NCBI GenBank assembly: GCA_963848135.1
Contig: CAWKCK010000005.1
Span: 434,001 to 498,000 of the forward strand
Source of the DNA: an uncultured delta proteobacterium
Lineage (GTDB): Bacteria; Desulfobacterota; Desulfobacteria; Desulfobacterales; SG8-13
Length of the DNA: 64,000 bases
Reading direction: 5' to 3'
How positions within the stretch are numbered: the stretch's first letter is position 1; every line of letters begins with the position of its first letter. The translations under genes were made by a program, and so were the position numbers. Under the pieces are notes generated by a model, which was not told the DNA's origin, made no database searches, and saw only the letters and a program-made list of their open reading frames with translations. Shown piece by piece: positions 21,153 to 32,347 of the stretch.

Positions 21153-22121
21153 ATGGCTGTACACATTAGAAAGCGTTCCGATATAAGCACGAACGTTCGT
21201 ATTTTAAAATTAAGGCGGTTTGCCACCCATTTCATTTTAACCCTTTGCTGGTATCTCCGACCGGCGTGGGCCGTGGCTTTAGTAAAAAGACATGTCTTCA
21301 GACCGGCAGGTTATCGAACACGCGCGGAAGAAAATCAGTTTCTGGGTTCCGGTTCGAAGTTTCAGATCGATATACATGGCAAAACGGTACAGGGTTGGAA
21401 ATGGGGCGAGGGGCCCGGCGTTCTTTTTGTTCACGGATGGAACGGCCGCGGGATCCAATTCCACCGCTTTTTTACACCACTGATAGATGCGGGCTTCGCG
21501 CCAATAACCTTCGACGCACCGGCCCATGGCGAATCGAGTGGGAAAACATCCAGTTATTTTGAATGGACAGATACGGTCAGAGCCCTTCTGAATTCAAAGA
21601 ACGAGCTGAACATCAACGCTATCGTTGGTCACTCTCTGGGCGGATCGGCCGTGATCAATGCGCTTTACAATGAAAAGATATCCGTTCCGACAGTTTTGCT
21701 TGCGCCTGTATTCAAACTCCAGGAAATATTGTTCAATACCTTTAGTCACTATGGGATTCCAGCGTATGTATACCGCAAAGCGATCGAAGAATACGAACAC
21801 CGATTTGGATACACGCTGAAAAACGCCAATCCCTGCAATCTGCTGCCGACCGTCGACACGGAATTCCTGGTTATCCACGACCGGCAGGACCAGGCCATTC
21901 CGTTTCAAGATTCCGTGGAAATGGCCGCAGCATGGCCGCATGTCATCCTTCACGAAACGACAGGCCTGGGCCATCGGCGTATTCTGTCGGACCGTGAAAT
22001 TGTTGAATTTACGACGAAATATCTTATCGGCCGAATGGAAACACCCGAAATACCGCAACTGGGATTCGAACAACATCCTGAAGCTGGTTATCAGTACGGG
22101 AAAATATCGGCCGCAATGTAA
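21153..22121 (+). CDS. Alpha/beta fold hydrolase
   Basis: VHGWNG, DAPAHG, GHSLGG nucleophile elbow, HDRQD, GLGH. Confidence 0.9.
   Translation: MAVHIRKRSDISTNVRILKLRRFATHFILTLCWYLRPAWAVALVKRHVFRPAGYRTRAEENQFLGSGSKFQIDIHGKTVQGWKWGEGPGVLFVHGWNGRGIQFHRFFTPLIDAGFAPITFDAPAHGESSGKTSSYFEWTDTVRALLNSKNELNINAIVGHSLGGSAVINALYNEKISVPTVLLAPVFKLQEILFNTFSHYGIPAYVYRKAIEEYEHRFGYTLKNANPCNLLPTVDTEFLVIHDRQDQAIPFQDSVEMAAAWPHVILHETTGLGHRRILSDREIVEFTTKYLIGRMETPEIPQLGFEQHPEAGYQYGKISAAM
21186..21203 (+). promoter_or_regulatory. Second copy of the putative TetR operator, inside the hydrolase CDS
   Basis: AGCACGAACGTTCGTATT vs AGTACGAACGATCGTACT (15/18 identical). Confidence 0.65.
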
Positions 22122-22152
22122 AAATCTACAGATCAATCATAGGGAGGCTAAA

Positions 22153-22368
22153 ATGCAGAACCATCAAGAAATTATCGAAACGTACCGCCGGGCCGATTTT
22201 GAACACCGTTTATCTCTTTTTCTTGAATACCCGTCGTTTCGCACGTCATTCGTTCGAATCGATCATAGTGAATACAAAAGAGAAGCTATACCTCAACAAA
22301 ATTCAGTAAAGCTTATAATCGGCCGCTGTTGGAAAAACATGTGGGCCCGCGGATTGTTGAAGTTTTGA
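22153..22368 (+). CDS. Small hypothetical protein
   Basis: GGGAGG RBS before ATG 22153; 71 aa; follows the hydrolase. Confidence 0.6.
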   Translation: MQNHQEIIETYRRADFEHRLSLFLEYPSFRTSFVRIDHSEYKREAIPQQNSVKLIIGRCWKNMWARGLLKF

Positions 22369-22447
22369 CCGGATGACATGAATCCATCAGTGTTGGGCGT
22401 ATCCCGGCAGAAGGAATGCCGGGGGGGCATTTTTGGGAGAGCTCGGT

Positions 22448-23386
22448 TCAGGATGATTCTACGCCAACCGTTTCTGCTGCACTGGCCGGAAAAACCATCT
22501 TGCCGCAGAGGTCCAGACTGTAGCCACTCAAAGAAGCAGCGAATTTTCGGAACTCATTTTCGTGCAGCAATCCCAAAAAGCGCTGGACACCTTCTTCGAA
22601 AAATCGATCTTTGTTAATCATTAGATCGTAGCGCTCCCAGCGTAATGGTAAAAAACCGATGTCGAGCTGATCGGCTACGACGCGGATGGCAAGGCCGGCA
22701 TCGGCCCGACCGGAAAGAACTTCAAGACCCACATCCAGGTGGCGGCCCACCTCGTGGCCGTATCCATTGAGCCTGGAACCCTCGTCTCCGCACTTCTTGA
22801 GTTCGAGATCCAGCAGCAACCGGGTCCCGGTACCCAGGGGGCGATTGACGATAGTAAGACCCGATTCCCTGAGATCAGCGATCGAGGTGATATTTTGGGG
22901 ATTTCCCTTCTGAACCAGCAGGCCCTGTTCTCGACGGCAAAAATTGATGATTGCCGGCACGCTATCGAGCTCTTTAGCCGCAAAATCGAAATTGTACTCT
23001 TCGTCGTCTTCCTGAAGCAAGTGACTGGAGGCAATGTGGCACAAATTCTGCCGCAGGGCCTGCAGCCCGCCCATACTGCCGAGATTCCCGAAAACGGCAA
23101 CGTGCCCGGGGTAGCGGGTATTAAACAATGAGATGGCCCTATCCAGGAGAGGGTCGTTGCTGCCGGTCACGATCAGCAGCCCGTGGTAAGGCGGTAGTGG
23201 ATGACCGTTATCAGGGTAGTTGACGGTGTGGGCTTCGAGCCACTGCTGCACGAGATGGAGGGGAAAGAGCCACTTCCCGGTAACCTTGGTCGCCGGCAGG
23301 CCTTTCTCCGAAATTAAAGTATAGACCATCTTCTCATTGACATCCAAAAACTTGGCCACCTCTTTGGTCGACATCATCGATTTCAT
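22448..23386 (-). CDS. Excisionase-type HTH plus periplasmic-binding-protein-like domain regulator (probably molybdate/tungstate responsive)
   Basis: MSTKEVAKFL...LPATKVTGKWLF Xis-like wHTH; GSND, GSMGGL, REQGL, NRPLGTGTR PBP-like motifs; GGAGGA RBS; near tupABC. Confidence 0.85.
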   Translation of the reverse strand: MKSMMSTKEVAKFLDVNEKMVYTLISEKGLPATKVTGKWLFPLHLVQQWLEAHTVNYPDNGHPLPPYHGLLIVTGSNDPLLDRAISLFNTRYPGHVAVFGNLGSMGGLQALRQNLCHIASSHLLQEDDEEYNFDFAAKELDSVPAIINFCRREQGLLVQKGNPQNITSIADLRESGLTIVNRPLGTGTRLLLDLELKKCGDEGSRLNGYGHEVGRHLDVGLEVLSGRADAGLAIRVVADQLDIGFLPLRWERYDLMINKDRFFEEGVQRFLGLLHENEFRKFAASLSGYSLDLCGKMVFPASAAETVGVESS

Positions 23387-23769
23387 GTGGCATCTCCTCC
23401 CTATATCATCCGTGTGTATCCCAGAGAAAAGGATTATTGGCAACAGTGCAAGGTGTCGCTTATACCTTAAAGTCGTTTTCTGTCAAGCCGAATGACCCAT
23501 AGGCACCGGTGAAAACCCATATTGACCGATTATAACATTAACTGGCAAGGATTCAGGATCGCCTGTGCCAGTTTTCCCCTGCCCTCCGCTTTTTCTGTTT
23601 CTCCGTTTAATTCGTGATTGATCTTTGCTGATTGAACACTTAAAAGTAGGAAATGCCGGCCCAAGGCCGGAACCGGGGCTGTGGTTGGCAACCGGTTAAG
23701 TGGTCTCCATCCACGGTCAGTGGGTGACATCATTGGCTGTCCAGATCATAAATAATGTAAGGAGGAAAT

Positions 23770-24252
23770 ATGAAGGTTCTGGTGTTGTACTATTCCAAGG
23801 GAGGTAACACACGCCAACTGGCCGAGGCCATCGCCACAGGTATCGAACAGGTCGACGGAATCACGGCCGTAATGCGCCATACGCGGGAGGTTTCCAAAGA
23901 AGATTTTGTGGCCGCCGACGGGCTGATTGTTGGCTCGCCGGTATATTTCGGAACCATGGCTGCTCAGTTGAAACAGATCCTGGACGATTATGTCGTTGTT
24001 CGCAAAAAGATGGAAAACAAGGTCGGGGCGGCATTTGCCACATCGGGAGATGCCACAGGCGGCAAGGAAACCACGATGATGTCCATCATTCAGGCTCTGC
24101 TCATCTATGGTATGATCATCGCGGGTGATCCACTGTCGGCCACCGGACACTACGGAACCGCCTGTGTAGGCGCACCAGACAGCGACACCAGAGAAAACGG
24201 TCGCCAGCTGGGACACCGGGTCGCCGAGCTTGTCAAAAGACTCCACGAATAA
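23770..24252 (+). CDS. Flavodoxin/WrbA-like NAD(P)H-dependent oxidoreductase
   Basis: YYSKGGNT FMN loop, GSPVYFG, GGKETT. Confidence 0.88.
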   Translation: MKVLVLYYSKGGNTRQLAEAIATGIEQVDGITAVMRHTREVSKEDFVAADGLIVGSPVYFGTMAAQLKQILDDYVVVRKKMENKVGAAFATSGDATGGKETTMMSIIQALLIYGMIIAGDPLSATGHYGTACVGAPDSDTRENGRQLGHRVAELVKRLHE

Positions 24253-24266
24253 AAAGAAATTATCCC

Positions 24267-25142
24267 TTGCGATACGAAGGCCCCATATACCGCCCCCCCA
24301 GTGAAGCCGACAGCCTTTTAATTCAGGCCACGGTGGGGTGCCCGCACAACAAGTGCACTTTTTGCACGGTCTATAAGAAAGGTCCATTCTATCGGGTCAG
24401 ACCAGTAGAAGATATTTGCGAGGACATCGATGAGGCGTTTGCCGTCACCGGGGGGAAGGTAAAGACTCTTTTTTTCCCATCCGGTAATACCATAGCCATG
24501 CCGACCGAAGATCTCGCCGCCATATGCCGGTATAGCATGGTAAAATTTCCCGGCCTTGAAAGAATCACCGTGTATGGTTCTTCACCGTACATTGCAAAAA
24601 AAGGACTGGTCGAGATGAGGATGCTCCGTGAGGCGGGCCTGAGCCGAATACATGTGGGGCTCGAAAGCGGTGATGACGGTGTTCTGAAAAGAGTGAAAAA
24701 AGGAACCACCGCCGAGGAACAGATAAAAGCCGGTAAGATTATAAAAGAAGCGGGTATGGAACTCAGCGAGTATGTCATTCTTGGTTTGGGAGGCGTTGAA
24801 AGATCAGAAATTCATGCGCTGAAGACTGCCGCTGCACTCAATGACATAGTGCCGGATTTTGTTCGGCTGCGAACTCTTGTACCCAAAATCAATACCCTTT
24901 TACTGCACGAGATCAATAAAAACCGCTTTCACCTTCTTACACCCCACCAGATTCTTGAGGAAACAAGACTTTTGCTCGAGAACCTTCAGTGCCGTACCCT
25001 CCTATCCAGTGACCACTACACCAACTACCTGAACTTATCGGGACATTTACCCGAAGATAAAGACAGGCTGCTCGCCGAGATTGACCACGCCTTAAGTTGG
25101 TCCCCAGACCAATTTCGGCCTAATTTTATTGGGACTCAGTAA
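24267..25142 (+). CDS. Radical SAM protein
   Basis: CPHNKCTFC (CxxxCxxC), GLESG, SDHYTNY. Confidence 0.9.
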   Translation: MRYEGPIYRPPSEADSLLIQATVGCPHNKCTFCTVYKKGPFYRVRPVEDICEDIDEAFAVTGGKVKTLFFPSGNTIAMPTEDLAAICRYSMVKFPGLERITVYGSSPYIAKKGLVEMRMLREAGLSRIHVGLESGDDGVLKRVKKGTTAEEQIKAGKIIKEAGMELSEYVILGLGGVERSEIHALKTAAALNDIVPDFVRLRTLVPKINTLLLHEINKNRFHLLTPHQILEETRLLLENLQCRTLLSSDHYTNYLNLSGHLPEDKDRLLAEIDHALSWSPDQFRPNFIGTQ

Positions 25143-25180
25143 GCCAGCAGGATAACATGATGAATGCGCTGTCATTTGAC

Positions 25181-25393
25181 TAGAAGCGATCTCAAAATTT
25201 GGATTTTCGGTCAAGATCAAGGCGAGACCGAGGATCCCCGCTGCGCGGGATTTCCCATCCAATCCATCACAGCATGTGGGTCATAACCCGCAGGCATACT
25301 CATGTATGTCGAGGACTAGAGACAAGGTCTCAACGCCGAGATTTATCCGCCTCTGGCAGATCGGGTGAAAAGACTTTTTTGAGACAGCTTGTA
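25181..25393 (+). mobile_element. MITE-like palindromic repeat family A, full-length copy
   Basis: Imperfect terminal IRs TAGAAGCGATCTCAAAA / TTTTGAGACAGCTTGTA; related copies at 16251 and 26541; no coding capacity. Confidence 0.7.
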
Positions 25394-25394
25394 A

Positions 25395-25919
25395 TCAGGC
25401 GGATAAAGCCTTGATCAACTCCCGACAATAATCCGGGATATCCGCTACCACGCGTCCCCACACCAAGTTTCCCTCCCGAAAAGCCGGTTCGTCCACCCAT
25501 GTGGCACCGGCGTTTTCCATGTCGTCTTTGATACCGGTACTGCCTGTTACCCGTTTACCCGTACAAATTCCCGCGCTGGCCGCGACCCAACCGGCATGAC
25601 AGATAAATCCGAGTATTTTACCCTGGGCATTCATCTCCCGAACAAGTTGCAGGATATTCGGATCCCGGCGTAGTTTGTCCGGGGCCCAACCGCCCGGCAC
25701 CAGCAGCGCCGCCAGCTGGTCGGCGGATATATCTTTGGCGGCAACTTGGCTTCCGGCGGTCAGCCCACCGCTTTTACTTCTATAAGTTGCACCATTCTTG
25801 GTCCCAATCACCTCAACGTCTGCGCCTTCCTCTATCATGCGCATATATGGCACCCAGAATTCCAAATCCTCATACCCGGGTCCAACGAGAATACCGACAG
25901 TTTTTCCTTTGAGCCGCAT
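25395..25919 (-). CDS. PfpI/DJ-1 family protein
   Basis: GYEDLE, VPGGWAPDKLR, ICHAG. Confidence 0.92.
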   Translation of the reverse strand: MRLKGKTVGILVGPGYEDLEFWVPYMRMIEEGADVEVIGTKNGATYRSKSGGLTAGSQVAAKDISADQLAALLVPGGWAPDKLRRDPNILQLVREMNAQGKILGFICHAGWVAASAGICTGKRVTGSTGIKDDMENAGATWVDEPAFREGNLVWGRVVADIPDYCRELIKALSA

Positions 25920-26019
25920 CCTTCCCTCCCATGGTCATAGATTGGACTATCCCGAAGTTATCATGTCATTTACGGGATAGGCATTTTAGATCCATTGGAA
26001 TAGCAACTTTGGCAAATGG

Positions 26020-26220
26020 TTACTCTGACCCGGGCATTTTCTCACTCATATCTTTAATTCTAACGGCAGCCTTATCAGCAGCTCTTTCCGCTCGTTCAGT
26101 ATACTGCTTCGCCTGCGTTTCTGTGACGCCGCTCGAATTATCGACACCCATATTTTTGGCAACCAGAATTCCCACAATCAGCATTACGACGGCAAGGCCG
26201 ATGAACAATACGCCACGCAC
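26020..26220 (-). CDS. Small membrane-anchored hypothetical protein
   Basis: AAGGAG RBS, GTG start, N-terminal TM helix. Confidence 0.65.
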   Translation of the reverse strand: MRGVLFIGLAVVMLIVGILVAKNMGVDNSSGVTETQAKQYTERAERAADKAAVRIKDMSEKMPGSE

Positions 26221-26268
26221 AACCGTTCTCCTTATTGTATTTTAATTCACCACAAGACCACATGAATT

Positions 26269-26426
26269 GTAGCCGTTCACAGGGTTGCAACGTTTAATGC
26301 GCACCAACCCACCTATTTGTAAACTTTTACAGGATGACGCAAATGTAAGGCGTCGGGCGCGCGGACGTACTTTTGTACTTCAAGTGTCCGACAACAAAGC
26401 AGATGCGTTGCCCTGTGAATGCTTAC
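26269..26426 (+). mobile_element. IS66-like MITE (family B), copy 1
   Basis: 158 bp, ends GTAGCCGTTCACAGGG / CCCTGTGAATGCTTAC; flanks CATGAATT / CAGGAATT (7/8 direct repeat). Confidence 0.7.
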
Positions 26427-26540
26427 CAGGAATTATATCACAAAGCCGGAAAAAGGCGGGCAAATTTTTGGATATGTCATAACCTTGCTGCAGGAAGACA
26501 GCTGCAGGTTTTGCTGTTTTTTGAAACGGCAGTAGCCTTC

Positions 26541-26816
26541 ACTTTTACCCGAGTTGAGCGCTTCGTATTTTCGAAAAAAGTATGTCGAGGACTTGAGTCA
26601 AAAACTCAATGTCGATGTTGGACGAAATGTCTTTTTTGGTATCGGTTCACAGGGCTGCAACGTCCGATGTGCTTAAGACCACAGAATTGTAAGCGCTTAC
26701 AGGGTGCCGCGGTTACAAGGCGTCGGGCGCGCAGACGTACTTTTGTACTTCAAGTGCCCGACAACAAAGCAGATGCGGTGCCCTGTAAATGCTTACCTTT
26801 TTTGAGATGCCTTCTA
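26541..26816 (+). repeat. Family A repeat interrupted by a family B MITE
   Basis: GTATGTCGAGGAC...TTTTTT[insert]TTTTTTGAGATGCCTTCTA; left boundary approximate. Confidence 0.7.
26639..26796 (+). mobile_element. IS66-like MITE (family B), copy 2
   Basis: 158 bp, ends GTATCGGTTCACAGGG / CCCTGTAAATGCTTAC; perfect 8-bp flanking duplication CTTTTTTG. Confidence 0.8.
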
Positions 26817-26838
26817 TGCCGTGACAGCGATGCCGCTG

Positions 26839-27912
<1,074 letters not shown>

Positions 27913-28379
27913 CTAATACATTTAGCCGTGACCAACAATACCTGAACTCTTTATCCATGAAAAATCGGTTACTGAAAGCAATTCGATGCGGCCACGAAAG
28001 GGGGGTTGCGCCACTGTGAGGTGGTTCGAAAACTGGGAATGCCTATCAACGATCCGGCCACGCGTTTTGACGCAAAAAAACTCGTGCGCCCCGGCAGGTA
28101 ATCCTGGTCGTAATCCTCAAGTCAGCTCCTTTTCGGGACAAACCAATCATACGTTAACAAAAGTTCTCCATCGAACCTTCTCGCCCTCACTCATCGCCAT
28201 TGATTGTCACACCCGTAGTGCATCAAACATCAGTAGACTCTCAAATACCCCACTATGTGCTACATGAAACGGATATAAAGAGTAATTTTTCAAAATTATG
28301 CTTGACAAGCGTCTCTAATTATTCTTGATCTGTATATACTTATAAATTTAAAAAGCGCTCAACAGAAAGCGAGGTATAT

Positions 28380-28625
28380 ATGAGAAGGGTTGTTCATTTT
28401 CTAAATATCGCCATTTTGGCATTTTTTGCGAGCTGTATTATTTTGCTGTTTGGTGGGATCGAATATCGAGCCGCGGATTTGATGCAGCGAATCGATTATC
28501 AGGAATCTCCCAATTCAATCGATGACGATGAATTTATAGAGGAATTAAATCCACGAAGCGATTACTATTTGCCCTATAATGATATGTTTCAAGAAGAGAG
28601 AAATAGCGCGATAATATATTTGTGA
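28380..28625 (+). CDS. Small exported or membrane hypothetical protein
   Basis: GAGGT RBS; N-terminal hydrophobic helix, acidic tail. Confidence 0.5.
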   Translation: MRRVVHFLNIAILAFFASCIILLFGGIEYRAADLMQRIDYQESPNSIDDDEFIEELNPRSDYYLPYNDMFQEERNSAIIYL

Positions 28626-29278
28626 TGAATTTATTGCGTCATCGTTTCACCAACACTTTTCTCAACCTTTCTGGTTGCAGGTACTACGACACTATGGGAT
28701 CCACCGGGGTGGATGAACGATAGGCACGTTTGATGCGGCTTTACGCGAAAAGCCTCTCGAACATATTTTGAATGAGGGGGCACGGGCTGCACCGCCAACT
28801 TGTCCGACATCGACCAGTTCCATATCGATCTATCTGGAAACAGCATCCCCGTTCTATGTGCCGGCTTGGCGATTTCCCGCAAGAATCTCGGTTATCCCCT
28901 CCAAAAAATAAACTATCCGCTGCTGCACCGGTCCTGCGCAAACGGCATCCGGGAATCCACCAGATGAACCCGCGAGCGAGTTGGATTCCATCCCGCCCGG
29001 GTGGGTTACATTTATAACTGGGATCTCTGCACTGAAATCAGAAACTACCGCGTGCATAGCACCACCGAGACCTGTACCGATTTGAGACTGTTGGCTTTTT
29101 ACTCCTCTAAATGGGAGGGAGCCTCAATCGGAGCCGTCTGCCCGGCGATTATTTGTGCGCCTCCGACAGCGGCCGAGAGTAGTTCAATGCCGAGAAATTG
29201 GACACTATATCATCGACTCGCCAATACGATCCACAGTGTTTTGAATACTTTTTTAATGGCCATAATGAGGATATTACA

Positions 29279-29599
29279 ATGATCGTAACGACGACGCCAA
29301 CCATCGATGGGAAGAAAATTAGCAACTACCTCGGCATTGTAACAGGAGAAGCAATTATGGGGGCAAACATGTTCAAAGACATGTTTGCCGGGATAAGAGA
29401 TATCGTCGGTGGCCGTTCCGGTACCTATGAAAAGGAGCTGCGAAAGGCGCGGGAGCTTGCTTTCCGGGAGCTCGAGGATTCAGCCAACGCACTTGGGGCG
29501 AATGCTGTCGTTGGCGTTGACATCGACTACGAGGTCTTGGGCGAACGAAATGGTATGCTCATGGTGAGTGTGAGCGGTACAGCTGTCAAAGTAGACTAG
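29279..29599 (+). CDS. YbjQ/UPF0145 family protein
   Basis: [11 protein letters not shown]...[14 protein letters not shown]...GANAVVGV...SGTAV. Confidence 0.93.
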   Translation: MIVTTTPTIDGKKISNYLGIVTGEAIMGANMFKDMFAGIRDIVGGRSGTYEKELRKARELAFRELEDSANALGANAVVGVDIDYEVLGERNGMLMVSVSGTAVKVD

Positions 29600-30222
29600 A
29601 ACCAATGATCGTATCCACCAGCCAGCCATATTTTGCGCCCTATCCAGGGTTCTTCTACAAAGCGCATCTTTCGGACTTTTTTATCATTCTCGATGAGGTG
29701 CAGTTCCCGCGAAAAACAACCTGGATCAATGGCAACAGATTCAAAAATGCAATTCATAGATAAGGAGGAATATCGGCATGAACAGCCTAAAATACTGGCG
29801 TTTGGGACCGGCTGTCGGCGACTGCTGGAATGTTGGAAAATCGCTGAAAAGAAAATAAAAATTTACCCGATTCCTCGGATAAATTCTTGCTTTGATAGCG
29901 CAATCGAGGCACTTTTCTATCGGGTGACAAGTACCACCAAGCGGGTTTGGTCGATTTTTGATTGCTTGACAGGGTACAAGGCGATGGTTACCCCAGTGGA
30001 TGGTGTTTTTCGATTTTAGTCATTTTCAAAACTTAGCGGGTGACCCTGACTCATTCCTGCGCCAGTTGAAGCCGGTATATTAACGATCATGCCTCATTCG
30101 GTTTGTTAATTAAATAGTGTGACTCCACCCGCAGGGCAGGAGTTTACATAAGCAATACTGAGGGCATCGACAGGCGGACTAAACGAATAAGCCCGACCAC
30201 CAACATAGAAAAGGGGTATAAG

Positions 30223-32214
30223 ATGACAAATGAGGCGCCGAAAGACACGCAGGCAACCTTTGACGCCGATAATCTCGAAGCGTTGACCGCAAGCGTGAAA
30301 CGTGTCCTCGATATCCGGGATCGCAAATATGGTTTGCCGCCAAAAACCTACCTTAAGTGTTTTGTCGGCAGCGAGGCGGTCCGCACGATGGTGGTCGAGG
30401 GCATCGCCGGTGATGAAGAGGATGCCGTTCACATCGGCAACATGATGCTGAATGCCGGGGTGTTCCACCATGTGTTGGACGCCCACACCTTCGAGAACAA
30501 GAATTTGTTCTACCGCTTTATCTCGGATGAAGATCACGGCAGGGCGGCTCGTGAAACCGATGGCCGTGCCGTCAGTTGGGGGGATTTCGTTACACCCCTT
30601 ACATCTTCAAAAGAACAGGCATTTACGCTGCAGCCCGCCATTCCTGAACCCGACCCGGATCTGGCGAGTTTTGCACAGGTAAACCTCAAAACGTGTGGTA
30701 TCTCACCGCTCGATGAGCACAACATCGGCCTGCTCGACAGTGTACATCCCAAAGAGTGGGTGGATCCAACACCCAAGCCCACCTATAATCTGGTCGTGAT
30801 CGGTGCTGGTTCCGGCGGCCTGGTGTCCGCCGCGGGTGCTGCGGGGGTTGGTGCGCAAGTGGCGCTCATTGAATCACACCTTCTCGGCGGTGACTGCCTC
30901 AACGTGGGCTGTGTACCGTCGAAAGCATTACTGCGGTGCGCCAAGGCCGCCGCAGCCGTACGCGACGCCGCCGCATTCGGCGTCAAGGTCAGCGGCAAGG
31001 TCTCGGTCGATTTCGGATTCATCATGGAACGCATGCGTCGGCTTCGCGCAAGCATTGCGCCAAACGACTCGGCCAAACGCTTCACGGATAAACTCGGCGT
31101 GGACGTTTTTCTCGGCAAGGGCAAATTTACCGGGAAAAACAGCATCGTCGTCAACGGCAAGACGCTCACATTTACCAAAGCGGTGGTGGCCACCGGCGGC
31201 ACGGCTGCCATCCCGGACATTCCGGGACTGCAAGGCGTGCCGTATCTCACCAATGCCACAATTTTCAACCTGACGACATTGCCCGATCGTCTCGGCGTCA
31301 TCGGAGCGGGCCCCATCGGTGTCGAACTTGCCCAGGCGTTCCAGCGTTTCGGCTCGCAGGTGACGGTCTTCTCACGCAGCGGCAAAATCCTGGAAAAAGA
31401 AGATCCGGACGCGGCCAGGATCGTTGAAACGTCGCTACGGCGCGACGGGGTCACCTTTGCGTTTCACACCAGATATAAAGGCGTGGAAAGCCGCGGCGGG
31501 GAACCGCCAATAACGGTTCTACTCGAAGACGGCCAAGGGATGGAACGCTCGCTTGAATTTGACGCTTTGCTGGTTGCCGCAGGACGCAAACCGGCGGTCA
31601 ATGACCTTGGCCTCGGGGCTGCCGGCGTGTCATACGACGAGCGCATGGGCATCGCGGTCAACGACAAGCTGCAAACCACCAACCCGAATGTCTACGCCGT
31701 GGGGGACGTTGCAACCAGATACCAGTTCACGCACATGGCCGACTTCATGGCGCGCATGGTGATTCGCAACGCTCTGTTCTTCGGCCGCGATAAATTCTCT
31801 AACTTCCTCGTTCCGTGGGCGACGTACACCGACCCGGAAGTTGCTCACGTCGGACTATACGAGAAAGACCTAGAAGAAAAAAACATGGAATATGTGACAT
31901 TCACGCGTGAATTCTCCGACGTCGACCGGGGCATTGTCGATGGTGAGACACAGGGTTTTGTGAAGATACACGTAAAGAAGGGCACAGATCAAATTCTGGG
32001 GGCAACGATTGTCGGCAGCCATGCCGGTGATATGATCAGCGAGATTACGGTGACAATGCAAAGCGGGATGGGACTCGGCAAACTGGCCAACGTGATTCAT
32101 CCGTATCCGACCGCAGCCGAGGCCATTCGCCAGTGCGGTGACGCGTACAACCGCGCCCGTCTCACCCCGACCGTCAAAGGAATCTTCAACCGCCTCATGG
32201 CATTGAAACGGTGA
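30223..32214 (+). CDS. Pyridine nucleotide-disulfide oxidoreductase (MerA/Lpd-like, no C-terminal Cys pair) with N-terminal DEP-like domain
   Basis: GAGSGG, GGDCLNVGCVPSK, GAGPIG, HPYPT; N-terminus IRDRKY...CFVGSEAV...AVHIGNMMLNAGVFHHV...F...FYRF matches the DEP pattern. Confidence 0.88.
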   Translation: MTNEAPKDTQATFDADNLEALTASVKRVLDIRDRKYGLPPKTYLKCFVGSEAVRTMVVEGIAGDEEDAVHIGNMMLNAGVFHHVLDAHTFENKNLFYRFISDEDHGRAARETDGRAVSWGDFVTPLTSSKEQAFTLQPAIPEPDPDLASFAQVNLKTCGISPLDEHNIGLLDSVHPKEWVDPTPKPTYNLVVIGAGSGGLVSAAGAAGVGAQVALIESHLLGGDCLNVGCVPSKALLRCAKAAAAVRDAAAFGVKVSGKVSVDFGFIMERMRRLRASIAPNDSAKRFTDKLGVDVFLGKGKFTGKNSIVVNGKTLTFTKAVVATGGTAAIPDIPGLQGVPYLTNATIFNLTTLPDRLGVIGAGPIGVELAQAFQRFGSQVTVFSRSGKILEKEDPDAARIVETSLRRDGVTFAFHTRYKGVESRGGEPPITVLLEDGQGMERSLEFDALLVAAGRKPAVNDLGLGAAGVSYDERMGIAVNDKLQTTNPNVYAVGDVATRYQFTHMADFMARMVIRNALFFGRDKFSNFLVPWATYTDPEVAHVGLYEKDLEEKNMEYVTFTREFSDVDRGIVDGETQGFVKIHVKKGTDQILGATIVGSHAGDMISEITVTMQSGMGLGKLANVIHPYPTAAEAIRQCGDAYNRARLTPTVKGIFNRLMALKR

Positions 32215-32347
32215 TAAACTCTGCCATTCTGCCGGCAAAGGAGATTTCTCCCCGAAAACACGGCTATGAAAACCACATCGTAAGCATTGTCATATCCGAT
32301 CAGCTTCCCGGCTATTGGTCATTTTTGTGTGAGGGAGACCTGTACAT

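Noticed and set aside
26261..26816. CRISPR array
   Set aside because: Repeats are ~158 bp with inverted ends, not short repeats with unique spacers; no cas genes
28631..29200. Short overlapping ORFs, possible decayed gene
   Set aside because: No frame gave a recognisable family or a convincing start
29778..29858. Strong RBS followed by a 26-codon ORF
   Set aside because: Too short to assign; may be a gene remnant but unsupported
30223..32214. Mercuric reductase merA
   Set aside because: No C-terminal Cys-Cys pair, no NmerA domain and no mer operon genes nearby
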